Source: Candidatus Woesearchaeota archaeon
GTDB lineage: Archaea > Nanobdellota > Nanobdellia > Woesearchaeales > GW2011-AR9
Assembly (NCBI GenBank): GCA_018696595.1
Contig: JABHQW010000001.1
Coordinates: forward strand, 6,223-70,222
Length of the DNA stretch: 64,000 nt
Direction: 5' to 3'
Of the stretch, positions 9,693 through 19,208 are shown piece after piece. Under the pieces are notes generated by a model. That model saw only the letters and a program-made list of their open reading frames with translations, ran no database searches and was not told the origin of the DNA. A program made the translations under genes and the position numbers. How positions within the stretch are numbered: the stretch's first letter is position 1; every line of letters starts with the position of its first letter.

Positions 9693-12011
9693 TTAAGTTC
9701 TACTAATTAAATCATGATTTGAAACGAAATGTCTTAGTCCCAAATAGGGTCTTACTGGTTTAGCTACTTGACTAACAGCAATAATTGAATTATCATAATA
9801 GAAAAAATCATTCTGCCAACCAATATTTTCCATCATGCTGTTAAATTTATCTTCATCTAAAGTACCTGAATCAATAACTAAAATAGCTTGAGCATTATGA
9901 TGGATTCCTTCATTCAAATCATGATCTTCCCTAAGTAAATAAAACGATTTCATTTTTTGTTCACTTTCATCAATAGTAATTAAAGGATCTCTTGCCAACA
10001 AATCACTGGGATATATTTGATAACGGTTAACAATACCTTTATTCAAAAATTCAATTGAAGAAGGTTGACAATAATAACTCAAATCTTTTCGTGAATCTCC
10101 TTCTGTGATTAACAAATCTGGTTTATTGGCATGTTTTCTTGCTTTAATCATCCATCTTTCTTCAGCCATTAAACTTTTTATCCAGGCAGAGGCCCTAGTA
10201 AATATATTTTGATCATAATGAGGGCCATATTTTCGCAGTGCAAAAATGTCTCTTTCCCGAGCGTACATTTCCCACATGTTCGGTTGGTTAAATGGAGTGC
10301 CACCAAACATAGTAAGCAAAATTTGTTGATCCATTAAATCACGAAGTTCTTTGAAGTGTTCTGGAGAGATTTTAGTAAGATCAATGTTAAGTGCTGGCGG
10401 CAAATCAGAAAGACCATAAAGCCCCTCTTGAACACAATGTAACAAAGCTAAATTTGTAACTTGTTCATTTCTGTCAATCAATAAAAGTTCTGCTTGACGA
10501 TTTTCTTTTTCTCTCAATTGTTTAACTAACAAACTTTCTTTTTTAGCCAAACCACAACCACCAGCAACAACTAAAATATCTTCTTCTAAATAATCTTTTT
10601 CTAATAAGAAATCAAGAAACCCTGTATATTTCTTATCCTCAAATTTCCGATCAACAACTTCTTGATAATTAGCAAAAGCATGATAAGTCGAATAAAGATT
10701 TGCTTGTAATGGTCTTAAATCCCAAACATGAGTTATTTCTGCACCGTACTCTACTTTAAGTTTCTTCCTTAACGAAGAATTGATTTTAGTGGGGCCTTTA
10801 CTTAAAATGTTATCAAGAATAGTTTTATTTTCCTGTTTCCTTTTAGAATAAACACTTAAACTTCCCAGCATCGAACCAAAATGTCGTTCATCTTCTCCAG
10901 AAAGTTTTTTCTCTAAAAATTTACAATAAAGGTTCATGAAAATAGTTAGACTGCCAATACCAACATCTTCAAAGATTCTGACATTTTTTTTAAATTCGTG
11001 TGCTTTTTCTGGACCTAAACTAAGAGCAATATCATGTTCCTTTTTACGAATATAGGGTTCAGGATCATCCAATTCTAAAAGATAAATTTTTTCGCTGGTT
11101 TCTTCAATTTCTCTGGCAAGACGTTCTTTCTCAGAAGCACGTAATTGCATTCTTTGATTGAGTTGTTTAACTGCCATTTCAGCAGTGGCAGGATATTGTT
11201 TATTTATCCCATCTAGGAAAGTGTTAACTTCTTTATTGTTAAAAAGGTGATAAGATTCAGAAATGGTCCTCATTAATCCTATTAAATGTTCAGCATCATT
11301 GATATTTCCAATAGCATCAGAAATAAAAGTTGTTAATGGTAGAGGCACATAACTTGGCAACTTTGCTAAAGCAGAAACAACTTCTGGATAAGTTCCCATG
11401 ACAAATTTTCTTCGAAATTGTTCCCATAACTGATAAGTATCTTGATTACCTTTTTCAACCACGCAACTTCGGTAAAGGTAAGCAGTCTTAGTAGCAATTT
11501 CTCCTAAATGAATAAACTGAGGTGGAAAGAGAGGATGTTTTAATTGTCCATTTATTTCTGTTAAAAATGATTGTACTCTTTCTGCATTTCCTTGGACGGT
11601 GACTGCTTTTTTTATTCCCTCTAATGAAGAACTTATATCTTTAACTAAAGAAACAGAATCATAATTTCCTTCTGGATTATCAACATCATGAACCCAAGAT
11701 AAAAAAATACCATAAGCCCAATCAACACTTTCTGCAAAATCATTTTTTAACCGTTCATAATCAGACAGCTGAATTGCCAAATCACTAATCGAAGAGAAAT
11801 ATTCTTTTTTGTTCTTCTTGGGGGGATGAGTCGCAGCATAATCTAATATTTGTAATAATTTGGGGTGTGGGTTTTCGGGAAGAGTTCTTGATAACCCCCA
11901 TAAAGAATTTAAAATGATTCCATCTAAACCTTCTTTTTCTTCCGGCTTATTTCCAGTTTTGTTTTTGAGTTTAGGAGTCATAGGAAAAGGATGAAAAATT
12001 CCACAATTCAC
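9693..12011 (-). CDS. large protein with C-terminal EgtD-like (Methyltransf_33) SAM methyltransferase domain
   Basis: 772 aa; C-terminal VVAGGCGLAKKESLLVKQL..LLLIDRNEQVT..ILLTMFGGTPFNQ matches the EgtD/OvoA-C methyltransferase pattern; the N-terminal ~450 aa have no recognisable domain. Confidence 0.45.
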   Translation of the reverse strand: MNCGIFHPFPMTPKLKNKTGNKPEEKEGLDGIILNSLWGLSRTLPENPHPKLLQILDYAATHPPKKNKKEYFSSISDLAIQLSDYERLKNDFAESVDWAYGIFLSWVHDVDNPEGNYDSVSLVKDISSSLEGIKKAVTVQGNAERVQSFLTEINGQLKHPLFPPQFIHLGEIATKTAYLYRSCVVEKGNQDTYQLWEQFRRKFVMGTYPEVVSALAKLPSYVPLPLTTFISDAIGNINDAEHLIGLMRTISESYHLFNNKEVNTFLDGINKQYPATAEMAVKQLNQRMQLRASEKERLAREIEETSEKIYLLELDDPEPYIRKKEHDIALSLGPEKAHEFKKNVRIFEDVGIGSLTIFMNLYCKFLEKKLSGEDERHFGSMLGSLSVYSKRKQENKTILDNILSKGPTKINSSLRKKLKVEYGAEITHVWDLRPLQANLYSTYHAFANYQEVVDRKFEDKKYTGFLDFLLEKDYLEEDILVVAGGCGLAKKESLLVKQLREKENRQAELLLIDRNEQVTNLALLHCVQEGLYGLSDLPPALNIDLTKISPEHFKELRDLMDQQILLTMFGGTPFNQPNMWEMYARERDIFALRKYGPHYDQNIFTRASAWIKSLMAEERWMIKARKHANKPDLLITEGDSRKDLSYYCQPSSIEFLNKGIVNRYQIYPSDLLARDPLITIDESEQKMKSFYLLREDHDLNEGIHHNAQAILVIDSGTLDEDKFNSMMENIGWQNDFFYYDNSIIAVSQVAKPVRPYLGLRHFVSNHDLISRT

Positions 12012-12416
12012 TAGACTAATCTTATTATCATCATTTATGATGAAGCATATTTTTGATGAGGAAACTTATTACAAGGGAAAGGAGAGTAAGATTTCTTTAA
12101 CCAAGTACGCATCTCTATTTGTTTGATCAATTCGCGATTAAGTTTTTTCTTCTTCATTTTTTCCACAAATTTTAAATATCAATATTGTTTTTAACCATTT
12201 AACCTTTAGCGAGGTTTTGTTAGGGGGAGGAACTTGTTTCTCCTTTCTAACTTTTTTCAACTGCAAAAGAAGTAACCAGTATTGCCACCCCTTCTACCCC
12301 ATTAAAATATAGTTTACTCGCTAATGTTTTGAGGTAAGTAAAACTAAGATATAAACTTACTTACAGATATTTTTATCAAAACGCCGAATCCAACTGATTT
12401 GTAGCGGAAAAGTAAA

Positions 12417-13514
12417 TTAAACATTAAATCCAACAAACTTCTTCTCTTCTTTAACACGATCATATAAATCAATTACCGCAATTAAATCTTTATCACGAAT
12501 CATCAGTTCCTCTTTACACATTGGCTTGCCCATTGCAGAAGATTGCATAAAATATTGGATTTGATTAAATGATGCTTGTTTCAGAACATTAGCAATGTCT
12601 GCACCAGTCATTCTACAAGCATACATCATTTCAGATAAACCTTCTGAATTAGTAAGTTGGTAAATTTCTCGGTTCGCTTTCTCTTCTTTCATTCTCATTT
12701 GTTTAACAAAGATATCTTCAACACCAGCTAAGTTGGGTTTAGGGATTTCAACAACATAATCAAATCTGCCTGCACGTAACAAAGCGTCATCAATCTTTTC
12801 TAAGTAATTAGTAGCGGCAACAAAAATTAGTCCCTCATTGTTGCCCATCCCATCCATTGTTCTTAACCAAACGTTCACACATCTGTCCACAACTTCATGA
12901 CCATTATGGCTGCCTTTCTTCCTAAACATTTGTTCTGCTTCATCAACAAACAACATTACCTTTCGTTCAGTTTGATGATATTTCTTTCTAGCAGAGTTAA
13001 TCGCAGCTTCCAGATTTTGTTCTGCCTCACCAACATACTTACTAATAATCAAACTCAAAGGCAATTCTAAAAACCAACATCCAAGTTCATTAGACATTGC
13101 TTTAGCAATCATAGTTTTCCCTGTTCCGGGAGGTCCGTACATTAACAACCCTTTCGGAGGATCAATCCCGTAGGAAGAGTAAGCGTAAGGGCAATCAATC
13201 CCATACTCAAAATGTTTGATCTTTTCTAAGACAGAATCTAAACCGCCAATATCAGAGTAAGAAGTTTCTTCTTGGCTTAAAGCGATTTTTAGTGAAGAAG
13301 GAGGATTAGATAATTGATGGATTTGTTTTTCATATTTCTCAATAATCTTTTTTTGTCCTTCAATAACTTGATCTTGGACATATAATCTATCAGCAATACT
13401 TTTAACAAACTGTTCTGCTTCCTCTTCCGAAATCTCTTCATCTTCTTCTATGATTAAATCTTCTAGATCTTCTTCATCTTCGTTCTCTTCCTTCTTCTTT
13501 TTTGGATCAACCAT
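12417..13514 (-). CDS. AAA+ ATPase (single classical AAA domain) with acidic N-terminus
   Basis: Walker A GPPGTGKT, Walker B LFVDEAE, second region of homology ATNYLEKIDDALLRAGRFD; 9 nt downstream of the nuclease gene. Confidence 0.75.
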   Translation of the reverse strand: MVDPKKKKEENEDEEDLEDLIIEEDEEISEEEAEQFVKSIADRLYVQDQVIEGQKKIIEKYEKQIHQLSNPPSSLKIALSQEETSYSDIGGLDSVLEKIKHFEYGIDCPYAYSSYGIDPPKGLLMYGPPGTGKTMIAKAMSNELGCWFLELPLSLIISKYVGEAEQNLEAAINSARKKYHQTERKVMLFVDEAEQMFRKKGSHNGHEVVDRCVNVWLRTMDGMGNNEGLIFVAATNYLEKIDDALLRAGRFDYVVEIPKPNLAGVEDIFVKQMRMKEEKANREIYQLTNSEGLSEMMYACRMTGADIANVLKQASFNQIQYFMQSSAMGKPMCKEELMIRDKDLIAVIDLYDRVKEEKKFVGFNV

Positions 13515-13523
13515 TTTCTAACT

Positions 13524-13841
13524 CTAATCTTTATGATAATGTATAGGTACAATTTTTTTCTCCTTACCAGAATAATAAAAAGTTCTAATTTCAGCACAAT
13601 CTCCAAGTAATAAATGAGCACGCTCCATTTGACTGACAGCTTTATCATAACCATCATTAGATTTTACTTCATAAATATCCCAACAGTCTCCATTAATCCC
13701 CACTAAATCTAACTCGCCAGCGTCGTTTCGAGAAGGAGGCATACGATAAACAACATTCTTCATTACAATTTGATACTGATCTCTAACCAAAAGTTCAAGT
13801 TCGTCTAATGCTTGATCGTGTTTATTTTTTCCGTGGCTCAT
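13524..13841 (-). CDS. Hjc/YraN-like PD-(D/E)xK endonuclease
   Basis: 105 aa; E...GELDLVG...(10)...YEVK matches the Hjc/UPF0102 catalytic pattern. Confidence 0.45.
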   Translation of the reverse strand: MSHGKNKHDQALDELELLVRDQYQIVMKNVVYRMPPSRNDAGELDLVGINGDCWDIYEVKSNDGYDKAVSQMERAHLLLGDCAEIRTFYYSGKEKKIVPIHYHKD

Positions 13842-13929
13842 TCTTCTTCACCGGTTTCTTTCTCTTTTCCTCTTCATAAGGAGGCAGGTGGTCGTACCAT
13901 TGCAACCATTTTTTTCTTCGTCTCATTTT

Positions 13930-14139
13930 TTAATGATCATTCTCCAGATATTTTTTTGCTGAAAAGATGTACACCTTGCCATTAGGAAAATATTGACACC
14001 CTTTCTCCTCACTGAAAAGATAAGTTGTAAACTCATCATAACCAAAAGGAACATCCATTTCTCCCAGTTCAGTTTTTACGGGAACGTTCAGGTAATGAAA
14101 TTCTTCAACGACTTCTTGCAAAGATTTGTATTCAACCAT
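13930..14139 (-). CDS. hypothetical small protein
   Basis: 69 aa ORF inside the co-directional gene string. Confidence 0.3.
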   Translation of the reverse strand: MVEYKSLQEVVEEFHYLNVPVKTELGEMDVPFGYDEFTTYLFSEEKGCQYFPNGKVYIFSAKKYLENDH

Positions 14140-14387
14140 TATTGATCACCACAAAAATAGATGTCGTGTTCTTTTGTGCGGACGTAAAAACACCCAAAGA
14201 GATCATTCAATTTTTCATCTGAACATCCACAATAGACCTTACGCCCTTCTTTCTTCTTAATTACCAAGTTGCATTGTTCAGAAATTTCAGGATAAGCAAG
14301 ATCGCACAAATTCAAAGTTTTTTTCTCACTACAACCAACTAAGGATAATGCCAATGTAAGTCCAACAATTAATTTGTTCAGACTCAT
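14139..14387 (-). CDS. small Cys-rich lipoprotein/secreted protein
   Basis: Signal peptide MSLNKLIVGLTLALSLVGC followed by several Cys; overlaps its neighbours by 1-4 nt. Confidence 0.4.
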   Translation of the reverse strand: MSLNKLIVGLTLALSLVGCSEKKTLNLCDLAYPEISEQCNLVIKKKEGRKVYCGCSDEKLNDLFGCFYVRTKEHDIYFCGDQ

Positions 14388-15202
14388 AGGCTCACCCGAA
14401 TTTCATGTTTTGTCCCATCTAATTTCAAAAGTGGACTACCTTTTCTCATCGGCTCTAAAGATTTCATGTGTGCATAACTACCCCAATGATTCAAATAAGA
14501 CCCAGTAAGAATGAAATGTTTCTGCGCCTCGATAACTTTCTTGTTTCTTAAATCTGCAGAATAAAAATTCTTCACATGATGACTTAGTTGATGTAAATGA
14601 CCCATGGCGTAAACTTCTGCCTCTGCTAAGTTTGCCAGATCAATAACACCTTTTATTTTTGTATGTGGCATTCTTGCTCCGGAAGCGCCGTGAGTAGTGT
14701 ACAAGGTATATCCTTGTTTTCCCACCAAGAAATAATGCATTTTTCCCCAACCAAAGTAAGGAACGTCTAACTGTTTAGCCATGATTTTAGAAAGATTTAA
14801 TCCCGCCTGATTGTAAACACGATTCTCATGATTACCAGGATGTAATCCTAGAATTAATCCATTATCTGCTAATGGTTTGTATATTCCCAAAAAGTGATCT
14901 AATTGTTGTTCTAATATTTCATCTTGTTCATACACCCCAGCACCAACAGAATCACGCGTAGCAGTTTCTAATTGGTCACCCATTAGAATTATTGGAATCT
15001 CTTTCTCATAACAATGTTCCAACACTTCTTTATGCATATCAGCATCATAATATCTTGACCCGATATGTTCGTCACCAATTAACATCACACTTAATTTTTC
15101 AACATCAAACTTGCGATAATTTAACGTCGGCTTTAATTCATTTTTTGCAGCAGCTTTTTTCATTGATTCCCATTCGGAAATCTTATCTGATAGTTCACCC
15201 AT
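14384..15202 (-). CDS. calcineurin-like metallophosphoesterase
   Basis: LIGDEHIGS (GDxHG), LMGDQLE, GNHE and GHLH motifs. Confidence 0.65.
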   Translation of the reverse strand: MGELSDKISEWESMKKAAAKNELKPTLNYRKFDVEKLSVMLIGDEHIGSRYYDADMHKEVLEHCYEKEIPIILMGDQLETATRDSVGAGVYEQDEILEQQLDHFLGIYKPLADNGLILGLHPGNHENRVYNQAGLNLSKIMAKQLDVPYFGWGKMHYFLVGKQGYTLYTTHGASGARMPHTKIKGVIDLANLAEAEVYAMGHLHQLSHHVKNFYSADLRNKKVIEAQKHFILTGSYLNHWGSYAHMKSLEPMRKGSPLLKLDGTKHEIRVSL

Positions 15203-15223
15203 TTTTCACCACCTCTAGCGAGT

Positions 15224-15469
15224 TTATTCATTCTTCCAATTCTTAATCACATTGTACGGCCACTTTGATTGTAGTTCTTCCATCAATTCACGGTAATGTG
15301 TTATAACCCCACAATCATTGCACGCATATTCGTAACGAAAATTATATTCTCCTGATTCGTTTCTTTTCTGCCCTAGATATTCAATGTTACCCTCACATTC
15401 ACGACAACTAAGATCGTAAAATGTAGGAAAATCAATCAATTGTTGCTCAAATTTTTTGTCAAGAGTCAT
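15224..15469 (-). CDS. zinc-ribbon protein
   Basis: 81 aa with CRECEG...CNDCG paired CxxC. Confidence 0.45.
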   Translation of the reverse strand: MTLDKKFEQQLIDFPTFYDLSCRECEGNIEYLGQKRNESGEYNFRYEYACNDCGVITHYRELMEELQSKWPYNVIKNWKNE

Positions 15470-15518
15470 TTTCCTTTAGCGAGTTTAAATTGTCCTGCCA
15501 TATTGACAAGACCATTCT

Positions 15519-16403
15519 TTACATTCTACATTCTTCAAAATGGTCATCAATATTCATTATCACATAATCAGTAATTTCACAAATAATTTTTGAGTCCATA
15601 GCGATAGCTAGTCCTGAATTCTCCCGATGAAAAGGGCCACCAGCATTGTGAATTAAGTAAGCGCTGATGATTCCAGCCCAATACAATTGATCGTCTTTTT
15701 TAACAAAGAGAGCCCCACCAGAATTTCCAGGGTTAGCAGTGAGATCCAATATCTTTCTTGAAGAGTTTGGTACAGTAATACCATTTACTTTATCTTCAAA
15801 TTCATAATGAAACGGATAGTTACCCGGATTAGCGACTATACCTCCCGTAGTTGCAGGAAACATTCCTAAAGGATATCCGACCAGATAAACTTCTTCACCA
15901 TACCTTAGATCTGAACTTAGTTGAAGATTATTCTCGGGAAGAAAGTTTAGTCTTTGATCCGTTCTTAGAATGGCTAAGTCCAATTCCTCAGATTCAAAAA
16001 CAATTTCTAAAGGGATGTCATCATCTTTATTATTGTCAAACTTCGAATCAATAATTTTAATATCAACTTTAGTTCGATCATATTTAGTTCCATTAACGTT
16101 CTGTTCAAAACCCCCAACAACATGTTGATTAGTAATTAAGTAAGAGTAACCATCAACGTCACGATAAGCAAAACTAGAACCATATCCTCCGGCGTTGAAT
16201 GTGTTTCCAGCCTGATCCTGATATTCTCTTTCTGAAAGTAAACAGTATGTGGAAGAGATTAAATCATCTAATGTAACTTCTTTTTCTGAGATTTCATGAG
16301 TGGCGCCATAGTTATTAATGGGAACATGTTGCATTGGCACACAAGCTGTTCCTGTTCCCACCAATAATGTTGCGGCTGCAATTAAGTTAACAAGTTTATT
16401 CAT
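15519..16403 (-). CDS. secreted trypsin-like (S1/HtrA-like) serine protease
   Basis: Signal peptide, His block TNQHVV, Asp in LDLAIL, GNSGGALF catalytic Ser motif. Confidence 0.7.
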   Translation of the reverse strand: MNKLVNLIAAATLLVGTGTACVPMQHVPINNYGATHEISEKEVTLDDLISSTYCLLSEREYQDQAGNTFNAGGYGSSFAYRDVDGYSYLITNQHVVGGFEQNVNGTKYDRTKVDIKIIDSKFDNNKDDDIPLEIVFESEELDLAILRTDQRLNFLPENNLQLSSDLRYGEEVYLVGYPLGMFPATTGGIVANPGNYPFHYEFEDKVNGITVPNSSRKILDLTANPGNSGGALFVKKDDQLYWAGIISAYLIHNAGGPFHRENSGLAIAMDSKIICEITDYVIMNIDDHFEECRM

Positions 16404-16453
16404 TCATATCACCTTTAGCGAGTTTTTTTGATTCTCAAAAATGGAAATGGTTT

Positions 16454-16523
16454 GTATACGGGGCACGGCGGACATCGTACTCCCTTAGAGTACCCGCCTC
16501 AGCAAGCTAGGGCCCCCGTATAC
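16454..16523. other. GC-rich nested stem-loop element (possible small ncRNA or operon-internal processing/terminator structure)
   Basis: GUAUACGGGG...CCCCGUAUAC 10-bp outer stem enclosing GGCGG/CCGCC and GUACUC-CCUUA-GAGUAC hairpins; T-tracts on both sides; GC about 60% against about 30% background. Confidence 0.4.
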
Positions 16524-16581
16524 AACTAACACCCATTTTTTGATTTGATTTTAATGGTGGATTAACATCCAAACTTTAGTT

Positions 16582-17100
16582 TTAATCAGTTTCATTCTTA
16601 TTCAGGATCCCCACCAGTCCACGGTATTGTGGATCATCGTTTTCTTTTTTTGAACGTAAAATGTTGGAGAGGGTGGAAGAATAACAAGCAGTAGCTAAAC
16701 CGGCCATAACTGTGCCCATCTGATTATCACCAAGAAAATAATATCCTGCTGAAAGACAAGCCGCCAGTGTTCCGGCTACTGGTTGAAACTTCTTGATAAC
16801 TTCCACGGAATCTTGGTTAGAATATCTGTCACCCATAATTGCACTCATTCCGGAAACAGCTAAACCCAATCCCAAAAAAATGTTGTAGGGAAAAGTTTCA
16901 CAGGCAGCTAAAGCAACTGTAAATCCCCCAGCAGCAGCAAGATCTGAATAGACTGCTAATCGTTCATACTTTCTATCTTGGACAGCTGTAATTTCTTCTA
17001 AGGAAACAAGCTCCTCTTTTTTATCTGGTTTTTCTTTCCACCCCAATTTCCAAATAGAACTTCCCCTTTTAGCGAGATTTTGATGAGGAAGCACCCTCAT
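16582..17100 (-). CDS. membrane protein with glycine-zipper helices
   Basis: 172 aa; AAAGGFTVALAAC, GLGLAVSGMSAIMG, AGTLAACLSAGYYFLG hydrophobic Gly-rich segments. Confidence 0.4.
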   Translation of the reverse strand: MRVLPHQNLAKRGSSIWKLGWKEKPDKKEELVSLEEITAVQDRKYERLAVYSDLAAAGGFTVALAACETFPYNIFLGLGLAVSGMSAIMGDRYSNQDSVEVIKKFQPVAGTLAACLSAGYYFLGDNQMGTVMAGLATACYSSTLSNILRSKKENDDPQYRGLVGILNKNETD

Positions 17101-17286
17101 TTTTTTTGTTTACACTTCTGACTTACATTAATGTGAATAGTGTAATATAATGATAAACATGTCGAGAAGATTTTTTATCGATTTGCAGTTTTAAGTTTGA
17201 GAAAGTTTTGCTAGAATAATTCTTAGTTATAAAATGCTAAACATAATTGAGAAAAAAGTTTCTTAATAAAATGAAAGAAAAAAATA

Positions 17287-18048
17287 CTAATTTTTTACAA
17301 AGATATATCTGTCAGCTACTCTTCTATCAGGCATACCTTCTCGCATTACTTCTCTATATGCTGCCCATTTTTTTTCAAATGAATCATTTGGATCTGCTCT
17401 TAGAACACCTTGATCAACATACGAAAGAACTAGATCCCTAGTAAATTTAAATTCAGTTGGTTTTAGTCTTTCAAATTCAGCAGCGTCTTTCATAGGTTGA
17501 AATAAATCTTCTAAATTTCTAGAAACGACAACCCTATTATCATTCTTTCTTCGATCTTTTTCAACAAAATCTATTGATCCCCATAAGGTAAACTGGTTAG
17601 GTTGTTCGTACATTTCAGATGCATTCCCGTGATAATCATTTGCCAAAATATATCCTCCAGGTTTTAAATGTCTAGAAGCCCATTCTGTTGGAATTGCCGG
17701 ATTTAATAAAATCAATAAATCATGTAAATCTTGAGGAGAATATGTTTTAATATCTTGCTTTAATGCTTGAAATCCTGCTTCTTGAAGTTTTTTTACACAA
17801 CCTTCACTTCCTTTCTCAATGTCTACAAAGGTAACATCATCAAAAACTTTTACAGGACTTGCATCAAATCCACAAGAAGGATATAAAACAGATTGAGGAT
17901 TAAAAACTTGATTACAAAAAGCAGTATATATTGTTATCAGATCATCTGAAAAGTATATTTGAGGTTCTTCTCTAGGGGTATCATCATTATCTGCAGGAAA
18001 TTCAAAATCATCTGGAAATCCTTCAAAGTCATCATTATTATCTGTCAT
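17287..18048 (-). CDS. class I SAM-dependent methyltransferase-like protein with acidic N-terminus
   Basis: LYPSCGFDASP (motif I-like), VDIE, LILLNP, LKPGGYIL. Confidence 0.4.
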   Translation of the reverse strand: MTDNNDDFEGFPDDFEFPADNDDTPREEPQIYFSDDLITIYTAFCNQVFNPQSVLYPSCGFDASPVKVFDDVTFVDIEKGSEGCVKKLQEAGFQALKQDIKTYSPQDLHDLLILLNPAIPTEWASRHLKPGGYILANDYHGNASEMYEQPNQFTLWGSIDFVEKDRRKNDNRVVVSRNLEDLFQPMKDAAEFERLKPTEFKFTRDLVLSYVDQGVLRADPNDSFEKKWAAYREVMREGMPDRRVADRYIFVKN

Positions 18049-18195
18049 GTTAGTGTTTGATTTTATTGCCTTTATAAATTTTGTGGTCGTTACTACTCTC
18101 TTGTGAATATTAACTAAGCAGTCATTTCATAATACCACTAAGTTGACAATTTTTAAACCAAAAATCTTAAAAAACAATCTGGTAAAAGTACAACT

Positions 18196-18657
18196 ATGAC
18201 AAATAACTTAACACCGCTCTGCCAAATCAACGGCGGATGTATGGGCTGCTGTGGGCATGACTTCATCTCTAGAGAAAAAATCAAAGAAGCGATTAGATTG
18301 AACACCTTAGAATTTGAAAACAAAAGCCCCAGAGTTAAAGCACAGTTTCTTGCATTTAGAGATCGTGAACACCCCTCTAACTTAAGACACGGAGTTTGTA
18401 GAAATCTGATTGAAAAGAATGGGAATATTTTTTGTCCATTACATCCAACCCTACACAATTCAGATTTAAGAGAAAATCATTGTGATATCAAGCATCTTTG
18501 TGGTACTGCTAAGAAGTATGCTGAATGGGATAAAGAGAAACAAGAAAAGTTTTTAGAGTTTGTTAAAAGTAAAAATATTGATAATCTGGAATATTCTATG
18601 CAGATGGATAACGGAACTTTGTTAGAGGAATTCGAGAGATTATTCTTTTCTTTCTAA
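18196..18657 (+). CDS. Cys-rich hypothetical protein
   Basis: CQINGGCMGCCGH cluster plus VCRNL..CPLHP..HCDIKHLCG; possible metal-binding. Confidence 0.35.
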   Translation: MTNNLTPLCQINGGCMGCCGHDFISREKIKEAIRLNTLEFENKSPRVKAQFLAFRDREHPSNLRHGVCRNLIEKNGNIFCPLHPTLHNSDLRENHCDIKHLCGTAKKYAEWDKEKQEKFLEFVKSKNIDNLEYSMQMDNGTLLEEFERLFFSF

Positions 18658-19125
18658 TTTTTTCGTGGGGCTGAATGAGCTTGTGAATGAACGCCGTACA
18701 TCGCTCCCAGTTCGCGAAAGAACTGTTAGAGGAATTTGAAAGTCAAACTTTCTAAGTAAGATTAAAGAGATAATTATTACTGCCACCGAAAACATCAATC
18801 CAAATATTAATAAGAAATTCCAAATCCAAGAAGAAGTGGTTTCTGTTAATACTAAAATCAAACTAATGATAAAAATAATTGATTGAGTTATTAAATAAAA
18901 ATAAGGCAAAGCATGTGCCAGGTCATCAACTCTATGATGGTGGAAAAAAGAAATTGCTTGAATATTAAATACATAGAATAGAATTATCAAAACAATCATT
19001 CCGTGAGTTAACAGATTATCTACTCGAAACAATCCCAATAAATTATCAAGAATTCCTAAGATACCAAAGGTTAGGGCTAAGTATAAATAGATTCTAAGGA
19101 AACCTCTTTTTGATGTTGTTGCCAA
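18640..19125 (-). CDS. membrane protein (4 predicted TM helices)
   Basis: 161 aa, strongly hydrophobic helices; start 84 nt downstream of the minus-strand structured RNA locus. Confidence 0.45.
   Translation of the reverse strand: MATTSKRGFLRIYLYLALTFGILGILDNLLGLFRVDNLLTHGMIVLIILFYVFNIQAISFFHHHRVDDLAHALPYFYLITQSIIFIISLILVLTETTSSWIWNFLLIFGLMFSVAVIIISLILLRKFDFQIPLTVLSRTGSDVRRSFTSSFSPTKKLERKE
18685..18730 (+). other. second copy of the L7Ae-leader-like motif (CGCUCCCAGUUCGCGAAA.AACUG..AGAGG)
   Basis: About 30-nt near-identity to the minus-strand L7Ae 5' leader; preceded by GGCUGAAUGAGC (C-box-like); lies in the convergent 3' region of two genes. Confidence 0.4.
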
Positions 19126-19208
19126 ACGTTAATACCTCACTACGAGTTCAAAAAGACGCCAAAAATTTATAAAATTTTTATTGTCTTTTTTGATGTCATG
19201 ATAATAAA

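Noticed and set aside
12035-12157. 40-aa Lys-rich ORF in the 400-nt spacer upstream of the 772-aa gene
   Set aside because: Short, no RBS, composition typical of an AT-rich spacer. Not reported as a feature.
12417-13514. AAA ATPase as the proteasome-activating nucleotidase PAN
   Set aside because: No OB-fold region and no C-terminal HbYX motif. It ends in FNV and carries an acidic low-complexity N-terminus instead.
16454-16523. tRNA gene in the GC-rich hairpin
   Set aside because: A 7-bp terminal stem exists, but no D-arm or T-arm pairing or T-loop motif can be formed.
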